Shown: one piece after another, positions 52,776-64,000 of the stretch | Layout: every line of letters begins with the position of its first letter | Position numbering within the stretch: position 1 is the stretch's first letter | Assembly (NCBI RefSeq): GCF_023055435.1 | Contig: NW_025963890.1 | Span: 23,560,001-23,624,000, forward strand | From: Haliotis rufescens | Taxonomy: Eukaryota | DNA: 64,000 bases | Direction of reading: 5' to 3' | Made by a program: the position numbers and the translations under genes | Notes under the pieces: generated by a model | What the model was told of the DNA's origin: nothing | Databases searched by the model: none | The model's input: only the letters and a program-made list of their open reading frames with translations

Positions 52776-55476
52776 GTGAGTGATAGAAGTTAATATAATG
52801 TTGACATATCATAACTGACAAAAGTATCTGAAAATATTTGCACTAACATTACTTAAAATTTAGTAGTTTTCCAAATTCTCCACCCTGCACTCAGCCCTGG
52901 TGGCAGAATGGTAATGTTAGAAGCTTGACAGTCACAAAGTTAGTAGTTCGTAGCCCAGGTATGTGTTAAGTAACCAACCTGACAAGATGAGGCAGGTGAG
53001 TGAATTTCCTGATTAGACTATTGACACCGAGTAACAATGTCTAGTGAAGGAAACACAGGACATGTGGGATGTGTTACTTATTCATGCACTGGCTGGCTTC
53101 ACAATGTGTGGAAGTGAATGAAAGAAATATATGCCTCCTTACGTTTGTTTGTTGTTTGCCTACAAAAATAACCTATGGTCCTGAAAGTATTTTTAGTGTA
53201 TGTCACTCAGATTTCTCAGTACTGTTTGCAAGACCTTCCAGATTTACAGTACACCTTAACTTCTGTAACCTATCCATGACCAGCATGTCAGCCTGGTGTA
53301 TGATTGAGAGAAGTGCCAGTAAAATCTCCGTGTGATTGTGCCCCCCCGACTGGTTACAGCTGTTACAGACAGTTGACAGTGTCAGACTGACTTCTGTTAA
53401 AAGCTTTAAATACCTGCTGTGGACCACTTTGCTAACAATGAGACAATGGAATAAATAGCAGGGAGCAGCCAATCAGAACAAAGTAGAAATAATAATGCTC
53501 TGTGTCATCTCCTTCTGTGTGTTGTGTAACACTCAGCAATGTACCAGCTACATAGCGGCGGCCCGTATATATACTGAACCAAACAATCCAATGATGGACT
53601 TCATGAACAACATCCCATTTTGGTGTGTTGACACTCAGTCCATCAAGTCACTTAGTCTGAACACCCCATCCCTGTAAAGCAAGTGGAAGTTGCTGGGGAT
53701 CTGGTCTGACTTCGAAGTCCCTCATGATTAATGCTCAGTGAGAATTTCTTAAAATAAATGCACCAATGGCCCTTTTTGGCCCTATAAGAACAGGGCTGGA
53801 TTTAGCTATGTTAAACATGCAGAAGTGCCATCTATTATTGAAAAATGCAACCTAATATTTATGTCTACATGCATCAAGTGCATGTCAAAAGGTCTCGAAT
53901 TTGAGTCTGACTGACCTTTACCTGTCCACACAAGATTGATCTGTTAATACACTCAATACCTCTAAAGTTTATTTACCATACTACATCACTAACCTCTGTG
54001 TCACATGTAATTTGTCATACTTTTGGGCTTGACATCATCAAACTGTGGGTACTTCAAGGTTATGTGCACATGTTCCTATTACATTTTACGGCATTGTGCC
54101 ATTAATTTATGTGACACTGGCAGCAGACTGGCCAATGTTTCAACTTTGAACCAGGCTATGGAACCAGAGTGCAACTTGGTTTTGTTTGGTGCAACTTGGT
54201 GTTCATGTCAACATGCACCTGATGCAAGTTACATCAAGTTCCTTAAGTCGAGCCCTGAAGTAACATTATAAGATTAATCACAGGCTTATCAGCGTCCCCA
54301 TTGTGTAAGGTATGGGTTACATTGTAGCTCTGCTATCATTGATAAGGATGGATGTTTCCTGGCAACAGCATCATTTCAGCTCTAACCCTCTTGAGATCAA
54401 AATGTATTCTTTTCAAGTGTACTTTACACTGGGATTTTATTTGGTGTTTTAGTGTGTTAAAGTGTGGTAACAAGAATAGTAATTTGATACATAAAAACAA
54501 AGATTACGTGAAATGTATGTCTTCTATGTTGCAATAAGTTGTGTGTCATGTTCAATGTCACAGGTCACTTTCACATGTCATTCAACACAAACAGTCTTCA
54601 CTCATAGCTCTTGTGAAATGTCAGGTTGTGACCCAGCCTATAAACTGGGGTCCATCTTAAATCTGATAAACAAAGAATTAGATACCAGTAAATATGTTTG
54701 TAAATGTGCACTGGGAACTAACTTGAACTGTGCCATTATGATTTTCACCATGTGAGACCTTGCAGTTGCGACACAATCTATGAGGTTACTGGGGACCTGA
54801 GACACACATTACAACTTTAAAGCAGCTTTTAGAGGACATATAGTAGTTTGTTTTGTTCAGGTAGATATAACAAATATGTCAGATACATAAACTATATACA
54901 CAGGAATGTAGAAGATAAAAGTAAATGAAAAAGAGATTGACATGAAGTATAAATTTGAACATTATGGACTATTGCTAAAACATGTGAATAAATTGCCATC
55001 TTCATACATGCTAGCACCATCATTTAACCATCCCGAGGAAGAAGCAGCTAGATACTTCTCCCAGTGTGTATGCTCTAACCGATGGTGATGTAGACCAAAT
55101 TCCAGAGAAGGATAAAAAGTATTTTATCTTAAGCCATTATCCTTCATCCTAACACTTATGTCATATAGTTGGAGCAAGTGAGCAGATGTCAATGAATCAA
55201 ACAATGAATGTACAATATTTCATTTCAGTCTCTTTCTTGTGAGTGTATATGTTTGTATGGTTTGTTTGGTTTTATGAAACTCTGAGCCTCACATAGAAGG
55301 ACCTGGATAATAGTGAAATCTTATGTTGTGGACTTTACATGATGTCATAGAGGTATACCCACAACCATTTGAGTCAATTGAGCAAATTGTTTTGCTGAGT
55401 CGAGTCACTCAAATAAGCAGGGGTCTCTTTGGAAAATGCATAAACATGAGGAATGCGAGTGATCATGTATTTACAG

Positions 55477-55640
55477 GAGTGAGTTAGTATGGTTTTACGC
55501 CGCTTTTGGCAATATTCCAGCAATATCACGGCGGGGGACACCAGAAATGGGCTTCACACATTGTACCCATGTCGGGAATCGAACCCGGGTCCTTGACGTG
55601 ACGAGCGAACGCTTTAACCACTAGGCTACCCAATGCCCCT
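55477..55640 (-). mobile_element. SINE family A with TSD
   Basis: Matches 5351-5520; gtatttacagga on both sides. Confidence 0.9.
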
Positions 55641-55849
55641 CGTATTTACAGGAAAGCCAGGGTGTGTAGTACAACAAATTGGCACTAGTCCTGTAGTCCT
55701 TACCAAACTGCCCAATGGTAAAGGTATCCTAAGGACTAGTAGAAATTGGCCCATTTTAAGGGTTTTGCTATATGTTATCATTATAAGGACTAGTGGACAA
55801 AAACTGTTAGTTTCTTACCCTGGTGCAATCCATTATCACAGAAACGTTT

Positions 55850-56086
55850 GCAGTAAGAAAGTATCAGCTCATTGGGTTCCAAAGTTTCCGACACATGATC
55901 ACCAGGCACAGATCCAGCAAGGTTCATTCAACGATTTGTGACTATGTATGATACCTTGGTTCATGAGTCCAAGCAACAACCTGCCAGTACTTGATCACTG
56001 CATGTTTACTGACTTGTCACAGCATGTATTGTCCACAACAAAACATTTCACTATTACGCAATTCCTTCCGTGTCAGGCTTAGAACC
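55850..56086 (+). mobile_element. Deleted mariner fragment
   Basis: KKVSAHWVPK (WVP motif) and right-TIR-like gtcaggcttagaac at about 56072. Confidence 0.55.
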
Positions 56087-56115
56087 CAATGTCAATCTAC
56101 CCTTGTTGTAACTTA

Positions 56116-57365
56116 CGAGGGCTGTTCAACAAGTTCCAAGTCTGACTTTCAACTTTCAACTATGGGCAACAACAAAGTGAACTAGTCAATGTAGTACATT
56201 GTTTGAGTTCATTGCAAGTGTATTTGGTCTGGTGAGGCCGTTTGTATATTAGTGACAGCCAGTTGGTCGTGATAGGGGTCCAAATGGATACAGAAATGAA
56301 AAAGAATGAGTACCAAGTAGTCATCAAGTTTTTTACTTTAGAGAAAAGTACTCCCCCAGAAATTCATGACCGCATGTCATAAATGTATGGGTATAAGTAC
56401 CCTAGCTATTCCGATGTTTAACGTTTGGCAGCTATGTTTAAGGCTGGTAGAACAAGCCTTGATGATGACCCTACGTCTGGACGTCCTCAACTTCCATCAA
56501 TGAAGATTCAATCGAGGAGATGGAAGAACTTATACTGTCAGATAGATGTATTACCATTGCTAACCTTGAGGAAGACACAGGTCTAAGCCATAGATCCATT
56601 GAAACTATTATTCATGAACATTTACAGATGAATTTGATATCTACTTGTTGGGTGCCAAAGTTTCTGATCTTAAAGAAAAAAGGACTGACATTCCCAGAGA
56701 AAATTTAGAGCTAATTGAGGACAATTTCCCCAAATTCTAAAAGAGATTAGCAACAGGTGATGAAACATTGGTCTACCACTATGATCCCAAGTCAAAACGT
56801 CAATCCATAAATTCAAGTCTACAAGATCAGATCAGTGTATCAAAAGATCAAAGTTATGGCCACTGTATTCTGGGATGCAAAGAGTGTGATCCTTGTTGAT
56901 CACTTAAAAAGTCAAAAGACGATTACCGGTGCCTACTGTGCTGATTTTATTCATTCTATCAAAGAAAAGCGGCGAGGAATGCTGACTGCTGGAGATCCAC
57001 TCCTTCATGACAATGTCTCATCTCATACCTCTTGACTTGCAAAGGCTGCTGCACAACAATGTGGGTTCGAAGAGCTTCCTCACTCTCCATACTCGCCAGA
57101 CCTGGCACCAAGTGATTTTCACATGTTTCTTAAACTGAAAGAACACCTACGTGGAAAGCGCTATGACGACAACGATTACCTCAAAGCTGTCATGAATGGG
57201 TTTTTCAGGGTGGCTTCAGAAAACTTCTTCCTGACTGGAACTGAAAAGCTTCACTATGAGAAGTGTATCAAAAAGCAGGGAGATTGTGTTGAAAACTAAA
57301 ATTAAAAACACTTTCACAATTGTGGGTTTTGTTTGTTAGGCTTAGAACTTTTTGACCAGCTTTCA
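56116..57365 (+). mobile_element. Mariner (DD34D) transposon, full length, transposase pseudogene about 56284-57298
   Basis: TA|cgagggctgttcaacaagttccaagtctgac and a degenerate inverse at the right end; WVPK, TGDETLVYHYDP, VFWDAKSVILVD, LHDNVSSH, PYSPDLAPSDFHMF; stops and frameshifts. Confidence 0.92.
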
Positions 57366-57683
57366 TCTATAAAGTTTTAACACTTTTCTACTAAAGTTGC
57401 AACCAAGGCACAAAAGTACCCAAAAATAAATTTGCTGAAATCACAGATTCGGTTGCCACCATCAACATGATCAATGATATCTCTGAATTCTCATCTAATT
57501 TAAACTTAGCTACCATGACATTGGCAGCCATTTTGAACTTTGTTTTTGTCTAATACTTTCTTCTATGAATGTTGAATGACACTGATGTGCAGTAAGTATG
57601 TGGTATGCCCAATAACATGTTACATTCTGTTGTGTCTTGGGATATTTGTCTCAACTGCAACCATTCAGGTTCATGTACCATGA

Positions 57684-57856
57684 GGGGCGGTTGGGTAGCC
57701 TAGTGGTAAAAGCGATCGCTCGTCACGCCGAAGACCCGGGTTCGATTCCTGACATGGGTACAATGTGTGAAGCCCATTTCTGGTGTCCCCCGCCGTGATA
57801 TTGCTGGAATATTGCAAAAAGCGGCGTAAAACAATACTCACTCACTCACTCACTCA
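57684..57856 (+). mobile_element. SINE family A with TSD
   Basis: Family A consensus; tcatgtaccatg on both sides. Confidence 0.9.
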
Positions 57857-58002
57857 TGTACCATGTAGACTGCCATGGCAGTCATGATGAACATAGAACT
57901 CTGCCCTTCTACTCAGTCAGTCAGTCATATAGTTTAATGTACATGTAGAAAGGATATCTGTTGGATAGAAACTTCAATTACCTTTTTGTATTATGTCATT
58001 TA

Positions 58003-58346
58003 CCGTATTCTACGTAATAAGCGCCTAGGGCGCTCTCAGAATTAGAAATAGGGGACTCTTATTAGAATATTACTTTGGTGGAAAAAACAGAGTTGAAAGA
58101 TAAATTTCGTGGTTTATGCTGACAGCCTGAACTGTTTATATACGACAGATACATTTTTCCAGAATTTAATTGCCCATAATTAAGGGTGCATATAACACAG
58201 GAGTGCGTATTATACACGAATAAATAAGTCTTGTGTACATTGATAAATCGGAAGGGGGGCTAATTGGGATTGTTCACTTGCCAATACATTAGCAAATATC
58301 GCCGTGGGCGCTTGTTAGAGCGGGGCGCTTATTACGTCGAATACGG
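58003..58346. mobile_element. pogo/Tc1-type MITE
   Basis: TA|ccgtattctacgtaataagcgcc ... ggcgcttattacgtcgaatacgg|TA. Confidence 0.8.
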
Positions 58347-59855
58347 TACCCTTTTTAAGACTCATCTGATATGATCTAAAATAGAAGAGATGATATTGCT
58401 TTTTCGTGGAAAAATACTGGACATGAATGAAATTATGGACTAAACTTTGACCAGTTGGATCATACAGTGTATATCATCACTCAGGTGCTCAATGGTTGAG
58501 CATTATTTACAGGCTGCCTTGATATAGCTGGAGTATGCTGACTGGCATAAAAACAAACAATGATACTTAGCATAATTATGACAGAGCACATTTGAACTGG
58601 AAGAAGATTGCCCTTGGGTACACATGGAACAAATAGTATTTCTATCAATAACTATGTACAGAGTTATAAAAATAATAAGAAATGAAATATTGTCTGGTTC
58701 TGCAGGTTGGCAAGTTGTGGAGAGAGTACTGGAATTCTGTGAACACAGGTCCTAGGTTTTGTTTGACCCATGCTATTTTAATATTGTTCTGGATCAACTT
58801 TCAGTTGATATCTTTAGAACATTCAGCTCAAAGGATGAGTTCTGCCCTTTTGGCCATTGAAAAATGTTAAAAAAATTTATAATAGAAACCTTTGAAATAT
58901 TGGTTTAAAAAAATGTTCAGATGGCTCACTTCTAGCCTTTATTCTTTCTTACACTTTGTCGTTTTGAACTTCTGGCATGATCATGTGCATTAGAATGGCT
59001 AAAGTGTGTGAAAAAGAATGATTTCTCTAACTTGAGAAAATCTTAAACTATGTCCATGTATCAAGATGAGATTATTTCCACATGTCTGTACTGACTATCT
59101 GTACTATCAACATTTCCTGTGAGACAACTTGGGTCAAAAATTTGTTCATGTTCAAAAATTAGAAAACACATTTTCACACAGTTAAGCCTTACATATACAT
59201 TAAGTAATGTTAAAAGTCATTACATGCAAGTGTTGAACATATTCGTAACAATTTCAAAATGTATACTATGGCCTTTGGATTTCATTAACATACTAATTTG
59301 GTTAGAAACATTTTCATATCAATTGATTAACCATTATTAACCATGTAGCGGTGATAGTTTCACATAACTATTGGAAGAATGGAATTTCATGACCTCAGTT
59401 TCTTGAACCAACTTCAAACTATTATATCAAATCAACTCTTTTGAAAAAAATGAAATGAATAGCCTTACCTTTAAGAAAAGTGATATCCAGTTTTGTAGGT
59501 AAATACTATAGTTATGATGGTGTGACTTGCAGTACATGTTCCTTATGCCACCTCTCCATCTTCCACAGGTAATCACACAGCCTGGAGATCAGGCTGTCTC
59601 CTTATCAGAGAGAGTAGTCAACATAGCTGCTATGTGATTATGCCCATGCATACCTGCTCCACCAGTTATGCTACCAATAAGAAAGCAGACAAGATCTTTG
59701 ATAAATTGCTTCCAACACACCCTTTCAATACGGCTTTGATTGTATTGAATTAACCTGTCACTTGCCCCAGAGGCCATTATAGGGTGTTACAGCAGAACAA
59801 GAGTAGCTGGGGACTGGGGTCGTGGAGCGGCATGTTGTGGGTTGGGTGGAGTAAT

Positions 59856-60468
59856 AGGACAGATAGGGTGTGGAGAAGTGTTGAGGACAGATAGGGTGTG
59901 GAGAAGTGTTGAGGACAGATAAGGTGTGGAGAAGTATTGAGGACAGATAGGGTGTGGAGAAGTGTTGAGGACAGATAAGGTGTGGAGAAGTGTTGAGGAC
60001 AGATAGGGTGTGGAGAAGTGTTGAGGACAGATAAGGTGTGGAGAAGTGTTGAGGACAGATAGGGTGTGGAGAAGTGTTGAGGACAGATAGGGTGTGGAGA
60101 AGTGTTGAGGACAGATAGGGTGTGGAGAAGTGTTGAGGACAGATAGGGTGTGGAGAAGTGTTGAGGACAGATAGGGTGTGGAGAAGTGTTGAGGACAGAT
60201 AAGGTGTGGAGAAGTGTTGAGGACAGATAAGGTGTGGAGAAGTGTTGAGGACAGATAAGGTGTGGAGAAGTGTTGAGGACAGATAGGGTGTGGAGAAGTG
60301 TTGAGGACAGATAAGGTGTGGAAAAGTGTTGAGGACAGATAAGGTGTGGAGAAGTGTTGAGGACAGATAAGGTGTTGAGAAGTGTTGAGGACAGATAAGG
60401 TGTGGAGAAGTGTTGAGGACAGATTAGGTGTGGAGAAGTGTTGAGGAAAGATAGGGTGTGGAGAAGTG
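59856..60468. repeat. 28-bp purine-rich minisatellite, about 22 copies
   Basis: Unit gaggacagata(g/a)ggtgtggagaagtgtt. Confidence 0.95.
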
Positions 60469-63400
60469 ATGAGAGATAACCTTTGGAGATGAATAGAGAT
60501 GACTGTGTTTTGGTGTCATTACTGTTAAACATGAAACACAGAAGATGTTATCAAAATGGAAAGTGTTATGTGAAATGTATATCAGTGCATTTAGTAGTTT
60601 CAGCATCTTTCCTGGGTCTGACACTTCAACAAATCATGATAGTAGATACAATGTTCTGACCAGTTGCTGGAACTGATTTATCAGTTATTGGAAATGAGAC
60701 TCTGGTACTATAGGTCTGTACATGCATGTATTTACATCTCTGGTGTAAGCAGGAAATGCTTTGTGTATATCCCGTCTGTAAGAATAAAACAAATTTATTT
60801 TCACAGGTCATTGAAAGTTTTCGCTGGTAAACTATAATGATCTTTCTTACATTAGAATTTACTAATGAAACATTGTACCTCATGACTATGAATAAAGAAA
60901 AATCTATCAACAATCAATATTACCAGAGTCTACTGTGTAGTTTTCCTTCTCTTAGATATTATTGACAGTGAATAGTATGTATATGCATTAGTTTGAATGT
61001 TATCATGGATATTTTGCCCAAACACTACAAAGTTCATCCTCACCTATGGAGGTTCTGCAGTATGTATTTTATTATAGTCGATTCCATTGATCACCTTGTC
61101 AATATCTAGTCGGTCGGCATTGGGACAAAGATGGTGGTAGGCAGGTGAGTAATGGTGAAATCTGACAGTTTCTGCTTAACTACTGAATACACTGTACTTT
61201 CAATCAAATCTTAGATAACTGCATCTTGAAATGACTAGCCTCTGACAGATGTACGTTATCTATCATTTGCTCACTTTCATATGTACACAAATAATCCACC
61301 ATGTGTTTACCAGGGGGTCAAGACTTCAATGTGGAATGTTGATAAATGGAGAAGAATTGGAAAGTGTATAACAGCTGTGTTGATGATTTCTAAGACTGGG
61401 TTTTGAAGGATATATGGGTATTGTCTACAGATTATTTGCACATATTTACCTCTATGACTAGTGACACAGACAAATATAAGAGTACTTAGTTATTATGTGT
61501 GAACATCTCTAAAATCTAAATACTTAAATTACCCAGATCAAATGATCACAGAAATTAATCTTTGAGTCAATCTTTCAGTACAATTCACATTTAAAGAATT
61601 GTGGATCATGTAAAACCAATAATTAAAACTCAATCAGCCAAACACAGACTTGCATGAACAATAATATATTACATTGAAAATGGGACATAAGTTCATCAAC
61701 ATATTTGAATTGCAAGGTTTGATCTGGGTTTGTGATTTTTCATCAATGGCAATAGGATTAAGATAGCACAGCTTATTGCAGCCTATCACAGTTGAAATGT
61801 AGCCCCGAGCCTGTACACGCAGTCTCTTGTTATCATTGGGACGAAGACAAGGACAACATGCCTTATGAACTATCTAATTGGAAGAAAAATCAGTGTGACA
61901 CATACCATACATATTATACAGTTTGGATCAGATTTTTGTCAGCATGTAGAAATCTGTAATTGCAAGTGAAGTACTAAAGTTAACTCTGTATTGAAGAAGT
62001 GTTGAAGTAATGTGTCAAAATAAATGAAACATATCAATGTTTAAAAGACGATCCATTTTGCCAACCACCCAGTAATACATTACAGTGATGATGTTGCTGT
62101 GACACAGATTTATTTCCCCTGTCTTGATTGTATAACTTTTACAGTTTGCAACAGTTCGAAAATATGTAATAATGATTAATAATGTGAAAGAAAAAATCAA
62201 ATTACTTCTTGTTTTTGAAAATTGAATCTTTGATCAGAGTAAAATGCTTTTTTTGGTCTCCTGTCAGTGTATTTCTCTTGAGTCATTACTTTACTAGGAT
62301 TTTTACATCTACTTCATTTTTCATGTTCACTTAAAATAATAATATCTTCTTTGTTTAAAATTCAGTATGAAGTATTGAACACACAAAGACTGTAGACAAC
62401 GGTATGAAATTGATGACATCATTCAACGTAATAATGCAACACAATCCCTGACTATTCTATAAGCAGCCAATCAGGAAAGAGTAGGGCATTAAGTTTTATG
62501 TTTATTGAAACACAAACGCAAAACAAAATTTGCTTGTCTAGCCAATCACATGCCCATGAATCACTTGTGAGTAGTTATTTTCTGCTGACAAAAATACAGA
62601 GGTAGGTGGGAAAGATCAGATCATCAATGGGTGTGTTAACATTGCAGTCTGCTGCTAACCTCAACACTTGTATACTAGACTGATATGAACAATAAATATA
62701 ATGATAATTGTGGTGATTAAAATAGAAGTGACCATTTTATTTTATTTTATTTATATTACAGAAGTTTGAAAACCTTCTGGACAGTGGATGTGTATACATA
62801 AATTACATATTGTTCATCAGTTATCTCATTTAACAGATGAATAAGGATGATGATATTTACTGAACTGCTTGACATAAATAATGTTTTGATGTATTGAAGT
62901 AAGCTGACAGTATTTTATCAAAGCTTAAGCATAAAAATGGTCATCATAATTAAAAACATGTAGAATTTGTTGAAAGAGCAACTATTTATTATAGAGGTGC
63001 ATCCTCCCCAAAATGTCCTATAATAGAACAAAAGCATATGATAAGGTAATACTTCATTACCCAGAGGGAAATTTTCATCATTACAGTCTCAGCAAGAAAC
63101 ATGATTAATATGAACAATAAAGACACATAATATTTAAGAAATACTGTAGCTGGTGCTGATCTTGTGTTTGTTTTTCAAGCTGAAACATTGGTGGAGAAGA
63201 TTTCACTGTCTTTTTTTCTGTAACCCTTTTTAACTATGTGTGCATAACCCGATTACCTAAATTAACAACAAAATATATATAACCTGATAATTTGTGACAA
63301 GTAATGCACAATATTTGTGACCCATCAGGAGAAAAGGGAACTAATGGGTGCAAGGATACATTTAAGCTGTGACGTCATAAAGGCATATGTTTGACGTCAA

Positions 63401-64000
63401 CTTACTTCTGTAAAAATCGCCATGTGTGCGGACTACAAAAAAATCTTTTCTTTCTCTTGTTAGTTTGTAATGTATTAAAAACATTATTTTAAAACATTTC
63501 AGCGTACATGTCTACTTTCAATTAATCATACATAATATCTAAAAATGCAATTATTTATGTCTTAAACTGGGACTTTGTAGACAATGAGTAAAAATGTTTG
63601 ATGCCATGTATCTCTGTAATAGATAGGAACTGAAGCTTGTCAATTGTATGTATGTGTTCCTGAGAAACACTTCTTTTAAAATATAATCAGAAGTCAAAAA
63701 GTGATTTTTCACTCTAAGTCCAATATCTCAAGGTTATTGCAACACACCAAACTTTTTAAAATTTGATCCTGCCTTAAACATGTTGAAAAGCCCAACTTGA
63801 TTTCAGTTTGATTTTACTTATCATTGTCAGTTTGAGGAAGAAATTACTTGTTATTTGTCCAGCCTAGAGAAGTAAACATTTGCAAGTCTATCCCCAGACA
63901 ATCTTCTGTTATCTCAGCCATACTTACCCATGGTGGCGATCTGCTATCTCGTAATTCACGCTTTTATGTCATATGGAGGCATTGAAAGCTTTCATTATTG

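Noticed and set aside
59569-59637. Candidate next kinesin exon after cttccacag
   Set aside because: In-frame stop after 22 codons, no switch-II similarity and no good donor.
59777-60532. 251-aa minus-strand ORF with repeated CPQHFSTPYLSS
   Set aside because: Translation of a stop-free 28-bp minisatellite; the unit is not a multiple of 3.

Overview
Animal genomic DNA, AT-rich with GT-AG introns. The tRNA-derived SINEs with (ACTC)n/(CAAA)n tails and Meta/V core domains point to a mollusc, probably an abalone-like gastropod (inference). From left to right: (1) the last three exons of an unidentified coiled-coil gene (+); (2) a complete 7-exon C6orf62 orthologue (-), with a decayed full-length DIRS1 tyrosine-recombinase retrotransposon in its last intron and several strong-context uORFs in its leader; (3) a 12-kb tandem array with three intact copies and one frameshifted remnant of an unrecognised 4-exon gene for a 179-aa single-pass membrane protein with two WWEVVE repeats, each full unit also carrying an AcademH-like non-autonomous transposon with a RecQ fragment; (4) a complete PET100 gene (+); (5) the 5' part of a divergent kinesin-motor gene lacking the switch-I motif (+). 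SINEs, MITEs, a dead mariner and several mini/satellite arrays fill the rest. All gene models were spliced by hand; no searches were run.
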